Sequence record: NC_031039.1
Direction: 5' to 3' (one strand)
Length of the DNA: 64,000 nt
Both the position numbers and the translations under genes were made by a program. Below the pieces are notes generated by a model, which worked only from the letters and a program-made list of their open reading frames with translations, made no database searches and was not told where the DNA came from. This document shows positions 44,056-53,766 of this stretch, one piece after another (position 1 is the first letter of the stretch; every line of letters begins with the position of its first letter).

Positions 44056-47000
44056 TCAAGTGTTATTTTTATACCAAATTGTCTCACCAATAAGGCTTGA
44101 GTTGTTCTGAAGACCATCCATTATTTGAAGAGCTAATTCTGTCTTTCCAGTGGTAGTATTTCTAAGTTCTTCAATTCTAACTCGTATACCACTAGTAACA
44201 GTACCAATTTCTTCTAATGAATTTTTAAATTGGTCGATAACGCTTAAATCAGTAAAGTCTAAATAAGATAAGATGGATTTAATTGTATTTACATCATTTT
44301 CAATTTCATAATTTCTTTTTTGTAGATCAGTTACTTTTTCCCTTAATACATCTTTCATAATTTTAAGGTCATTGATTCTCTGTTCATTATTTTGCAGAGA
44401 GATATCAATTGCAACTGCTCTTTTTTCTGACAATGTTAGTAATTCCTCTAATTCCTTAGTTTTACTAATTAGATATCCATCATCATAAATTGAAATATGT
44501 CCTGTATCACGATCAACTACCATCTCACCATCAATTGCCTTTACTTTGTTTTGTTCAGTTAATGGTTCTAAGCTGATTCTTAGCGGTCCAATTGGTTCTG
44601 GTATCTTATCAATAATTGTAAATACTACATATGAAGTGGCTCTTAGACCATTAATCTTCTTAATTGCTGTTACTGATAATTGATAACTATTAGGATCATT
44701 TAACAGAGTACCTAATTTAAATGATCTACCGTTAAGTTTAGCTTCAAATTCATTATCTTCTTTATAAGATGGATTATCCTCATAAGAATCAATATCTGGT
44801 CTTGCTGATTCTTGAATAACTTCAGGTAATACACCGACAATTTTTGGAGGTTCAGGAGGAACTGAATCTAATGTAAATTTAACTATAGTTGTAGCAGTTA
44901 AACCATTAAGACGTTTTTTAGCAGTAACAACTAAAGTATAATCTCTTATCTCAGCTACTTCATTATATATTGGGCTCCCAATTTCATATGGTTCTCCATT
45001 TAAGGTTGCAGTAAAATCGACACCATAAACATACTGGACAGTTGGTGAAACTGTTAAATATGTTGATACACCTTCTTTAAAGCCCATAACAACAGGTGGT
45101 TCTGGTGGTAATTTATCAATATTTGTTATTGCTTTAGTGTCTTCAACAAAATAACCATTAGGATCTTTGTATCTAGCATGAATAATACAGTTATCAGTTA
45201 CATCAAACGGCTCACTATATGATTGCCATTCTTCAGCACTATCAATTTTATATTCAAATTCTGAGCCATAATTTGGATACCTAATTGTAATAGTATCCTT
45301 AATACTCGGTATATACTCTGGGTCTGCTAATATTAATGGTTTTTGTTCTTCATCAGGATTAAATACGATAAAATTAACATCAGACATTGAAACCATAAAA
45401 TTAGATTTCTTTCTCCGAACAACAAGTAAATTATAATCTCCTGAATCTATAATAGGTGTTCCCATAACATATGGAAGACCATTTAAATATGCATCCTCAT
45501 TTTCATTACCATCAACATCGAGATCATTTGTTAACGAAAATGTAAGAGATATTTCAATTTTATTTTCAGGATAGTTTGGATCGGTAGCTGTTACAACTAA
45601 TCTATATGCGCCCTTGTCTCTAATTGTATCTTCACGTTTAAAAGAACTTAGAAGGGTTCCATTTAAATATAATTTATGCTCATACTTTAACCCTGCAAAA
45701 ATATCCCAAGTAGGTTGAACTGCCACATCTTTTCCTCTAAAGACTTGTCCTTCTTCAATAATAGAACCTGTTAATTTATTCTTGATAATAAGCTCTTTTC
45801 CAGTTATATCAATAGATCCCGGCATTAATTTAAAGTTTCTAACTACCATTTTATAATTTGTCGGAAAGTTATGATCTGAAATTTTAACTTCTACTACATA
45901 ATCTCCGTATTCAGTTAGAATATCTTCGTCATCTGTTGGATCATATGACCGTCTAGTACCATTATAAGTAATCCATGACTCATAATCTAGATTAGATGGA
46001 AGTTGTCCTGTATACCAAAATGGTTTAACTTGAATCCCTTTATAGACATCGTTATTTTGAATAGGTATATCTGTAATAGCGTTAACAATTACAAGAGCAA
46101 TTTCATTCATATCAACTTTTTTATCAACAATTGAGAAGTGTCTCACTACAGTTGTAGTGTTGGTAGGATTATCTATCTCTGTGATAATCAATTCTAACTC
46201 ATAGTCACCCTTATTTGATAACACTGTGAGATCTTTCATAAAATCAAAATCTTCTCCATCATATCGCAATGTATAATCTACATCACAATCTTCTGGCTCA
46301 TCCCAAGTTGGTAATACTAATTCATCTTCGAAGATTCGTCCTTCATTGATTTCAGTCTCATCAAAATCATTATAAATTTCAATATCAAGATTAGTGTTAA
46401 TTGGAGCTATAATAAAATTACGAATAAAAGTCTTATTCTCTCCAGCACCATTTTCTAAGACAACAGTAATAGAATAATTACCATAATCTGTATAAACATC
46501 ATTATTTGGTGTAAAAGGAACTGTAGATTCATCTCGCTCTAATGTATAACTTATTATAGTACAATCCGCTGGAATTGGTTGCCAATATGGTTTAACTTCT
46601 TGATCTTTAAATATTTTTCCTTCAGAAATGATAGTGTTTGGTGCTTGAGGAAGATTTACATCAATAAATTCCATTTCATAAGTATCAAGATCAGTTATCT
46701 TTTCTATAATCTCGAAATTTACACTAATTTCCTTTTTATTATCTGGGTAATTCTTATCAGTCAGATTAAATTTAATTGTATATTGACCGATATTAGTTAA
46801 TGTATCACCCTTTTTATATGAAATTAAACTATTATTATACGTAACAGTTATTCCATATGTTATATTAGAATCTTCTTTCCAAGTTGGTTGAACTTTAGCC
46901 TCAAATTGAGATCCTTCACTAATAGGTTTAGTAGTAATTGCATCTCTGAGATCTAAGACAAGATCATTCCAGTCTTCAGGGGCGGCAGTAACTTCAAAGT

Positions 47001-48372
47001 TTATAATACCTGTAGCTTGGTTGTCTGGATAATTCTTATCAGTAATAAGATAGCTAACTTGATAAAGACCGGCTTGACTATAGGTATTAGATTTAACTAA
47101 AGATCCCTTGGGAGTACTATTAACATTGTAGTTAACAGTAATATTTGTACCATCTATTTCTTCCCAATAAGGTTGAAATTTACCAACAAATTTAGAGCCT
47201 TCAACTATTTGAGAGGATGTTAATAAATCCTTCAGAGTAAAGCTAATATTATCTAAATCTTTTTTAGGAGGAAGTACATAGAATGTAAATTCATTCGAAT
47301 CTCTAGTATTAGTCGGATAAGCTTTATCTTTTGCTGTAATAATAGCTGAATATTTACCATTTTCAGATAAAGATTGAAGCCTACTGTAAGGTATTTCAAT
47401 TCCATCTTTTTTTAATTTAATAGTATAAGCAATAGAACTATCATCTGCATTCCAATCTAACTTAACTGAATTTGAAAATCTATTTTCAGTTGTAATATTA
47501 ATATTAGTATTTTTATCAATAAGTGTAAATTTTATACCACTTAAATCTTTAGGAGATGAACCTTCAAAAGCAAGAACATAAACTCCATCTGTATCTTGGT
47601 GGGAGATAGTAGAGTTGGAGTCCAAGTTAAGTGCTGGTGCAACACCAATTGTATCGTTATCTGCAACAGACTGAGCAAATGCGCCATTTATGTTAATACG
47701 ATACACAATATGACCAAAATCAGGATAAGCAGAACGTAACCAGTAATAATAGTTTGAACTAGAATTTAATGATGAATGCTGATATTTACTTTGTGTAACG
47801 GCTTCATCAGTTGGTTTAAGAATACGATTAGATGAAGAATTTAAATATGGAATTGTTGTTCCTTCTTTTCCACTTGAGCCTGCTAATCCCATTTCTGTCA
47901 TACTAAATAGGAATACATTATCTTGAACAGTCTCTACTCCACCACCGTCAACTGATGGAACAATTGTTTTCAAATCAGTCTTTAAAATTCTATTTGCAAA
48001 ATCACTACTAAAATTAGTTAAGAATCCATCTTCTGTATCATAGCTATTTCCATTAGAACCAGAAGAAGGAGGTGTATCAGAAGAATTAGTTGCTGTAAAC
48101 CAAGGTGATGGTTTTGTTGAATTCAACCATTGACGCATATTGGAATAAAGCCATCTGTTGTTTCCTGATGTTTGCCTATTTGTATTACTATTACTAGGTT
48201 CCTTAGCATCAAATGTCTTAATAGAGATGATATTATTAGTCATCAAAGTAGCACTATTTGCTGGATAACCTGCTAAATCTTTACCAACCAATTTCCAAAC
48301 AATTGGTTTTCCATTATATTTAGTATTAGGATCCTTTACTAAGGATCCTAACGGTAAGTCTTTAATTATCAT
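44056..48372 (-). CDS. Large virion appendage protein: DUF6273-like (C-type lectin fold) N-domain, about 10 Ig-like repeats, shared module and coiled coil
   Basis: NNRWLYSNMRQWLNS, DNVFLFSMTE, YYWLRSA...GVAPAL; repeated QP.W...Y.L...G.Y.L.V units; C-terminal GEMVVDRDTGHIS...SKTKELE. Confidence 0.75.
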   Translation of the reverse strand: MIIKDLPLGSLVKDPNTKYNGKPIVWKLVGKDLAGYPANSATLMTNNIISIKTFDAKEPSNSNTNRQTSGNNRWLYSNMRQWLNSTKPSPWFTATNSSDTPPSSGSNGNSYDTEDGFLTNFSSDFANRILKTDLKTIVPSVDGGGVETVQDNVFLFSMTEMGLAGSSGKEGTTIPYLNSSSNRILKPTDEAVTQSKYQHSSLNSSSNYYYWLRSAYPDFGHIVYRININGAFAQSVADNDTIGVAPALNLDSNSTISHQDTDGVYVLAFEGSSPKDLSGIKFTLIDKNTNINITTENRFSNSVKLDWNADDSSIAYTIKLKKDGIEIPYSRLQSLSENGKYSAIITAKDKAYPTNTRDSNEFTFYVLPPKKDLDNISFTLKDLLTSSQIVEGSKFVGKFQPYWEEIDGTNITVNYNVNSTPKGSLVKSNTYSQAGLYQVSYLITDKNYPDNQATGIINFEVTAAPEDWNDLVLDLRDAITTKPISEGSQFEAKVQPTWKEDSNITYGITVTYNNSLISYKKGDTLTNIGQYTIKFNLTDKNYPDNKKEISVNFEIIEKITDLDTYEMEFIDVNLPQAPNTIISEGKIFKDQEVKPYWQPIPADCTIISYTLERDESTVPFTPNNDVYTDYGNYSITVVLENGAGENKTFIRNFIIAPINTNLDIEIYNDFDETEINEGRIFEDELVLPTWDEPEDCDVDYTLRYDGEDFDFMKDLTVLSNKGDYELELIITEIDNPTNTTTVVRHFSIVDKKVDMNEIALVIVNAITDIPIQNNDVYKGIQVKPFWYTGQLPSNLDYESWITYNGTRRSYDPTDDEDILTEYGDYVVEVKISDHNFPTNYKMVVRNFKLMPGSIDITGKELIIKNKLTGSIIEEGQVFRGKDVAVQPTWDIFAGLKYEHKLYLNGTLLSSFKREDTIRDKGAYRLVVTATDPNYPENKIEISLTFSLTNDLDVDGNENEDAYLNGLPYVMGTPIIDSGDYNLLVVRRKKSNFMVSMSDVNFIVFNPDEEQKPLILADPEYIPSIKDTITIRYPNYGSEFEYKIDSAEEWQSYSEPFDVTDNCIIHARYKDPNGYFVEDTKAITNIDKLPPEPPVVMGFKEGVSTYLTVSPTVQYVYGVDFTATLNGEPYEIGSPIYNEVAEIRDYTLVVTAKKRLNGLTATTIVKFTLDSVPPEPPKIVGVLPEVIQESARPDIDSYEDNPSYKEDNEFEAKLNGRSFKLGTLLNDPNSYQLSVTAIKKINGLRATSYVVFTIIDKIPEPIGPLRISLEPLTEQNKVKAIDGEMVVDRDTGHISIYDDGYLISKTKELEELLTLSEKRAVAIDISLQNNEQRINDLKIMKDVLREKVTDLQKRNYEIENDVNTIKSILSYLDFTDLSVIDQFKNSLEEIGTVTSGIRVRIEELRNTTTGKTELALQIMDGLQNNSSLIGETIWYKNNT

Positions 48373-48390
48373 AATTTCACTCCCTTATTA

Positions 48391-50190
48391 TTAACCTTCA
48401 ATAGTTGGGATAACTGTTGATTTAGCATCTCCTTCAGATACTCCTCCAATAACTGGAGTGTCAGGTGGTGTAGTATCAATAATATCAACTATTTTGGATG
48501 TAATATAGCTTTCATAGTCATCATCACCATCTAGACTTCGTACATAGATTATACAATTTTTATAGATTTTAACTGGATCTCTATACCAACGCCAATCACC
48601 ATCATCAATCCGATATTGAAATTTCATTGTAGGATCTTTCGGGAAATTAACAGTGGCTATAGTTCTATAGCATAATTCATTTGGATCCAAAGTGATCGTA
48701 TATCTATATTTTATTTTCTTATAGAATTCTACAGTCGTATATTCTGAATATAGACCATTTGAAAGTTTATGTGCTTTAGATTCAATACGATATATGCCCT
48801 TTTTAGAGTATGTTTGTTCCTCTGGTATTTGCACCCATTGAGTATCATTTAAATCTTTTTTATAATAAACTTTTGTTACTGGTACACAACCAGATTGTAC
48901 AATTATTCTTGGTGAAACAGGGTTAGGGAATCTACCTATGAGTCCGTAATCTTTACCTTGATAATCTTTATCAATTCTAATAATTGGTGGATCAGGTGGA
49001 TCATTGTCAATGGTAAATACACCTTTTTTAGTAAGTGTTTTATGGTTAGTATTTTTTCTAATTGTAACAACAATTGTATAAGTACCATTTTCTACTAATG
49101 GAGTGCCTAGAGTATATGCTTTACCATTAATCTTTGCTTCATATAACGTACAACCACTAGGAACATTAATAGTTGGATAACACGCCGCTAAATATACTTT
49201 GTTGTATTCATCATATATCCTTGATGTAACAGCTTTGTCAAAGATCTTAAAATCAGGAGCAGGTGTTGGATCTTCATATATAATTCTTGAAGTTGCAAAA
49301 TCCATTAATGATGGTGTATCTTTATTAGTACATCTTACTGCAACTTCATAAGTGCCATACTTATTAATTTTATAATAATTAGTAAAAGTAAAGTTACTAG
49401 TATTACCATCAATATCAGTGTATCTTTGAGCAGTTATATCATATTTAAATTTAGATGTATCTTCTTTCCAAAAAACAGTAATAGGTTTGTAAACTGTATA
49501 AGTTTCTGGTGTATTCGGAATTAAGATATTCTTATTAGATCTCTTGTCATACAGATCAATATTAGGTTTTGTTTTATCTGCAATAGATCTAATACCTGTA
49601 ATATTTACTGTTGCAGATCTAGAGATTTTGTCTGGTGTTTTTAATTTTACTTTAAATTTAATTGGTCTTCTATAAGTATTATGAACAGCTAGATACCAAG
49701 AACCTTTATACCAGCCACTCCAATCTCCATTACTAGTACTATTAGCCCACTGATATGTTCCAGGAATAGAAACCCATTTCTTTGGTGTCCATTTTTTAGA
49801 TAAGTCAGTAGCATCAAATAATTGTGCATTAGTTTGAGACTTAGGAGCCGCTTTAGATCCTTTTGATATTTTGGTATAAGGTCTTGTACCATAGTTCATG
49901 ACACCATCATACTTATTCCCATACCAATACCATGCCGGATTAATCCATTGCTCTTTGTAGTCATATTTTACTGTAGTTAGAGTCACTTTCATATTTTTCT
50001 TAATTGTAACATAACTACTTCCAATAGAGGTTCTTTTTCCTCCTGCAAGTGTATAGTATTTTTCATTTCCCTTTGGAACTACACATTGAACTTTTATATC
50101 TCCATTGGAAAGAACTTGTTTTACAATTAAATAGAAACCGGATTTAGAACCCTTAATTCTATCTCCAACTTTATAACTAGTTGTAGCCAT
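48391..50190 (-). CDS. Virion protein with Ig-like repeats
   Basis: D..PP..P repeats and FQYRIDDGDWRWY like those of the 1438-aa ORF; basic Trp-rich N-terminus. Confidence 0.7.
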   Translation of the reverse strand: MATTSYKVGDRIKGSKSGFYLIVKQVLSNGDIKVQCVVPKGNEKYYTLAGGKRTSIGSSYVTIKKNMKVTLTTVKYDYKEQWINPAWYWYGNKYDGVMNYGTRPYTKISKGSKAAPKSQTNAQLFDATDLSKKWTPKKWVSIPGTYQWANSTSNGDWSGWYKGSWYLAVHNTYRRPIKFKVKLKTPDKISRSATVNITGIRSIADKTKPNIDLYDKRSNKNILIPNTPETYTVYKPITVFWKEDTSKFKYDITAQRYTDIDGNTSNFTFTNYYKINKYGTYEVAVRCTNKDTPSLMDFATSRIIYEDPTPAPDFKIFDKAVTSRIYDEYNKVYLAACYPTINVPSGCTLYEAKINGKAYTLGTPLVENGTYTIVVTIRKNTNHKTLTKKGVFTIDNDPPDPPIIRIDKDYQGKDYGLIGRFPNPVSPRIIVQSGCVPVTKVYYKKDLNDTQWVQIPEEQTYSKKGIYRIESKAHKLSNGLYSEYTTVEFYKKIKYRYTITLDPNELCYRTIATVNFPKDPTMKFQYRIDDGDWRWYRDPVKIYKNCIIYVRSLDGDDDYESYITSKIVDIIDTTPPDTPVIGGVSEGDAKSTVIPTIEG

Positions 50191-50201
50191 TTATTTACCT
50201 C

Positions 50202-50801
50202 CTAACCTATAACTATTACTTTGTATTGATTTGGTGATGGCACAGATAAGAAATTTATTCTTATTGTGTTTGCATCCTCAATAGAAACATTAGTCATAAC
50301 TAAATCTTTTGTTTCTTCATCCCATACACTTACATTAATGTCATCAGTTCCCAAATTATGTCTTATAACAAAGCTATGGTTACTACTATTACCAATTAGT
50401 TCTGAATATTTTAAGACTCCAATTAAGCTACCATCTTCACTTTCTCTTATATCATTTAGCTTTCTACGAACATCCCCATCTAAATCACTTTCGGGAATCC
50501 CATTAATAGGTTTAGAATATTTAGAATCCCAATCTAATACTTTAATATCGTTTAAGTGACGTTTACTATCTTCTACATGATTTTTTACATATTCAATGTT
50601 TGCCTTACTCTGAATATCTTTTATTAAATTAGTTAATTGAGACAACTCTATTCCTGAAGAATTTATGACAGAAAGGAGGTTAAATAACTGTTCCATATTC
50701 TTTTCCATATATGACAATCTATTATTTAATTCTTTATAAATGTAACCATTCTGTACATCATTTGATTCTATCCGCATCTCGTTAGGCATAATAACTCTCA
50801 C
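50202..50801 (-). CDS. Short fibre protein with one His repeat and HNLG-type C-terminal domain
   Basis: HVEDSKRHL...WDSKYSKPINGIPESDL and HNLGTDDINVSVWD; late motif at 50823-50834. Confidence 0.7.
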   Translation of the reverse strand: MRVIMPNEMRIESNDVQNGYIYKELNNRLSYMEKNMEQLFNLLSVINSSGIELSQLTNLIKDIQSKANIEYVKNHVEDSKRHLNDIKVLDWDSKYSKPINGIPESDLDGDVRRKLNDIRESEDGSLIGVLKYSELIGNSSNHSFVIRHNLGTDDINVSVWDEETKDLVMTNVSIEDANTIRINFLSVPSPNQYKVIVIG

Positions 50802-50861
50802 CTTCTTTAATAATTTTCTACTTATCTATATGTTCTTTTCATCTTAAGAACTAGAAATAAT

Positions 50862-50904
50862 AATGTAAATGAAGATAGACAAATAGCCTATCTTCATTTA
50901 CATT
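50862..50904 (-). terminator. Terminator after repeat fibre gene
   Basis: 17-bp inverted repeat AATGTAAATGAAGATAG/CTATCTTCATTTACATT. Confidence 0.75.
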
Positions 50905-50911
50905 TATTTTA

Positions 50912-53743
50912 TTAGCGGATCACTACTTTACCAATAAAGGCAGTAGGAAATTGTACTTCAATATCTTTTGTTGTATCATTGACACGAACAAGAGATGGTT
51001 GAACAGTTTCCCAGAATTCTGCATTTTGTGTATAAGCCACAACAGAATATTCAAATGGCTCTTTAGTGATTCCATGCTCAGTAGCAAGAATTGAAACAGT
51101 AGTAGCTTCTTCAGTTACCGTTTTAGTGTAAGGCATAGAAACACTATTAAGTTTGTTTTGCAATTCCACTACTAGATCAGTTGCTGGAATACCTTCATCT
51201 GGTTTAGCATACTTAGCAGACCACTCAGTTTTTTGTTCATCAGTTACGTGAACAGTTTCATCAGCGATATGATTTGCACTATTAGTAAGAGCTGTAGATA
51301 CAGATGCTTCAAGGTCAGTAACAGGAATACCTTCATCTGGTTTAGCATACTTAGCAGACCACTCAGTTTTTTGTGCCGCTGTTACATGGATAGTACCATC
51401 AGAAACATGGTCAGCAAAGCCATCTACAGTTGTAACAAAACCACTTTCGAGGTCAGTTGCTGGAATACCTTCAGCTGGTTTATCATATTTGGCATTCCAT
51501 TTAGAGCGTTCAGCATCTGTAATGTGAACAGTAGTATCACCAGTATGATTAGAAAGATCAGCAACAGAAGCCGCACCATCAATCTTACCTTTAAGAGCAT
51601 CGGACAGATCAGTTTCTGGAATACCAGTATTAGGTTTAGCATACTTAGCGTTCCAGCTAGCTCTTTCTGAAGCAGTTACGTGTTTAACTGTATCAGTAGC
51701 ATGAGCATTAAAGTCTGTGTTTGATACCATGCCATTTACTTTAGAAATAAATGACTGTGCCATATCAGACTCAGGAATACCAGTTGATGGTTTAGCATAC
51801 TTGCCATTCCAGATAGTACGCTCTTCAGCAGTAATGTGAACAGTAGTATTATCTACATGGGTAGTTAGATCTGCCGCAGAAGCTGAACCATTGATTTTAG
51901 CCTCAAGTCCTGCTTCCAAATCTGCCGCCGGAATACCTTCTTCTGGTTTAGCATACTTGCCATTCCAAGCAATTCTTTCATCAGCAGTGATGTGTTTAAC
52001 AGCATCAGTAGCATGTGCATTTAGATTTGCCTGTGTTGCCATTCCAGCTACTTTATCACGGAAAGCAAGGGTAAGATCAGTTTCAGGGATACCATCAGTT
52101 GGTTTGACATATTTGGCATTCCAGTTACTACGCTCAACAGTTGTAATATGTTTAACAGTATCATTGGCATGAGCCGCAAGATCAGCAGAAGTAGCCGCAC
52201 TATTAATTTTAGTTTTGAGATCTTTTTCAAGATCTTCTTCAGGAATTCCTGTTAATGGTTTATCATACTTAGCATTCCATTTATCACGTTCTGATTGAGC
52301 TAAGTGACGTACACTATCAGTTTCGTGTTCTAAGAAATCTGCATTAGTAACCATTCCATTAATCTTTGTCTGTAAGCCAGAAGCAAGATCAGTTTCAGGG
52401 ATACCAGTTGATGGTTTGTCATATTTAACGTTCCATTTAGAACGTTCTGTTTCTGTAATATGGATTGTACCATCAGCCTTGTGGTTATTCCAATTTTCAC
52501 GTTCTTTTTCACTAATATGGACAGTAGTATTTGAAGCATGATCAGTAAGTTCTTTCTTAGTAGCCGCACTACCAATTTTACTCTGTACACTAGAATCCAA
52601 ATCAGCCATTGGAACACCAGTTGATGGTTTTACATATTTTCCATTCCAAGAAAGACGTTCAGCATTAGTAATGTGAGCAACTGAATCATTTTTGTGATCG
52701 GTTAGAGCTGTAGCTGTAGCCGCACCATTAATTTTATCTTGGACAGGTAATTCTAAATCTTTCATTGGAACGCCGTTAGCAGGTTTATCATACTTAGCAT
52801 TCCATTTATCACGTTCTTCGCCTGTGATATGTTTAATAACATCGTCTTCATGATCTTGAAGATCAACTGCTTTAGCCGCACTATTGATACTATTTTGAAC
52901 AATTTCAGAGAAATCAGTCATTGGAATACCAGTAGCAGGTTTATCATACTTAGCATTCCATTTAGCACGCTCAGTAGATGATGTATGAATATCAAGATTA
53001 TTAGTATGATTAGAAAGATCGGAATTTAAAGCAGATGCTTTAATACGATCAGAAACAACTGGATCTAGATCTTTCATTGGAATACCAGTAGCAGGTTTAT
53101 CATACTTATTATTCCATGCTCCACGTTCAGTTCCAGTAATGTGTCGAACTGAATCATTGAAGTGAGGATCAAACTCAGTATGACGAACAATATCTTTATC
53201 AATGAATTCAGAATAAATTTTTTTATCTGCATTGAAAAGATCAGACTTTGCAATTTTTGCAGATAATAGACTATCTACTTCTGATTTAATATAAAAACGA
53301 GAAGTATCTAGTGTTAATTTATTAAGATCTTCAATGTTTTCCAATTTAATTTTACCAGTAAAGTGTCCATCTTCAGTAATAAGAGCCTTAATAACACCTT
53401 GAGAAACAAAAGCAGCAATATTACCAGTGCTTGTATTTTCCAATACAGTACTACCAATATTTTTAAGCATAGAGTCAGTGTTTCTAGCATGCTTTTTCTC
53501 AATAGCATCTTTAAGTTCGTCATTCATAGTGACTCCAACACTGGATTCATAAATTGGGCGTCCTGTTTCTGTGTAGCCAATAGGGTCAGTATTAGCATTA
53601 CCAGAAGAATAGTTAGTACCATTCAAGGTAATTTTGGAGACAGAACTAAAGCGATTATCAGCCATTAATTGGTCAATAATTGTCTTACTCAAGCTATTTG
53701 AGCTTAATGTGTTTGTATAGAAAGAACTCAAATCATAAGCCAT
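50912..53743 (-). CDS. Tail/whisker fibre with about 15 tandem ~45-aa His-containing repeats
   Basis: Repeat H..D...HIT..ER..WN.KY.KP..GIP..DL; C-terminal beta domain like that of 50202 ORF. Confidence 0.8.
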   Translation of the reverse strand: MAYDLSSFYTNTLSSNSLSKTIIDQLMADNRFSSVSKITLNGTNYSSGNANTDPIGYTETGRPIYESSVGVTMNDELKDAIEKKHARNTDSMLKNIGSTVLENTSTGNIAAFVSQGVIKALITEDGHFTGKIKLENIEDLNKLTLDTSRFYIKSEVDSLLSAKIAKSDLFNADKKIYSEFIDKDIVRHTEFDPHFNDSVRHITGTERGAWNNKYDKPATGIPMKDLDPVVSDRIKASALNSDLSNHTNNLDIHTSSTERAKWNAKYDKPATGIPMTDFSEIVQNSINSAAKAVDLQDHEDDVIKHITGEERDKWNAKYDKPANGVPMKDLELPVQDKINGAATATALTDHKNDSVAHITNAERLSWNGKYVKPSTGVPMADLDSSVQSKIGSAATKKELTDHASNTTVHISEKERENWNNHKADGTIHITETERSKWNVKYDKPSTGIPETDLASGLQTKINGMVTNADFLEHETDSVRHLAQSERDKWNAKYDKPLTGIPEEDLEKDLKTKINSAATSADLAAHANDTVKHITTVERSNWNAKYVKPTDGIPETDLTLAFRDKVAGMATQANLNAHATDAVKHITADERIAWNGKYAKPEEGIPAADLEAGLEAKINGSASAADLTTHVDNTTVHITAEERTIWNGKYAKPSTGIPESDMAQSFISKVNGMVSNTDFNAHATDTVKHVTASERASWNAKYAKPNTGIPETDLSDALKGKIDGAASVADLSNHTGDTTVHITDAERSKWNAKYDKPAEGIPATDLESGFVTTVDGFADHVSDGTIHVTAAQKTEWSAKYAKPDEGIPVTDLEASVSTALTNSANHIADETVHVTDEQKTEWSAKYAKPDEGIPATDLVVELQNKLNSVSMPYTKTVTEEATTVSILATEHGITKEPFEYSVVAYTQNAEFWETVQPSLVRVNDTTKDIEVQFPTAFIGKVVIR
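51186..51374 (-). repeat. Identical 51-nt DNA duplication within fibre repeats (spacing 138 nt)
   Basis: GGAATACCTTCATCTGGTTTAGCATACTTAGCAGACCACTCAGTTTTTTGT at 51186-51236 and 51324-51374. Confidence 0.9.
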
Positions 53744-53766
53744 TAGAGTCTACACATCCTTTTCTG

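Noticed and set aside
47580-48372. Active diversity-generating retroelement
   Set aside because: No reverse transcriptase or template repeat in the window; kept only as an orphan-domain note.
1744-50904. Intergenic inverted repeats as a mobile REP/MITE family
   Set aside because: They share no sequence with each other and sit at gene ends with A/T tracts, as expected of intrinsic terminators.
50912-53743. CRISPR-like array in the 135-138-nt periodic repeats
   Set aside because: Repeats are in-frame protein repeats with synonymous variation, and there are no spacers or cas genes.
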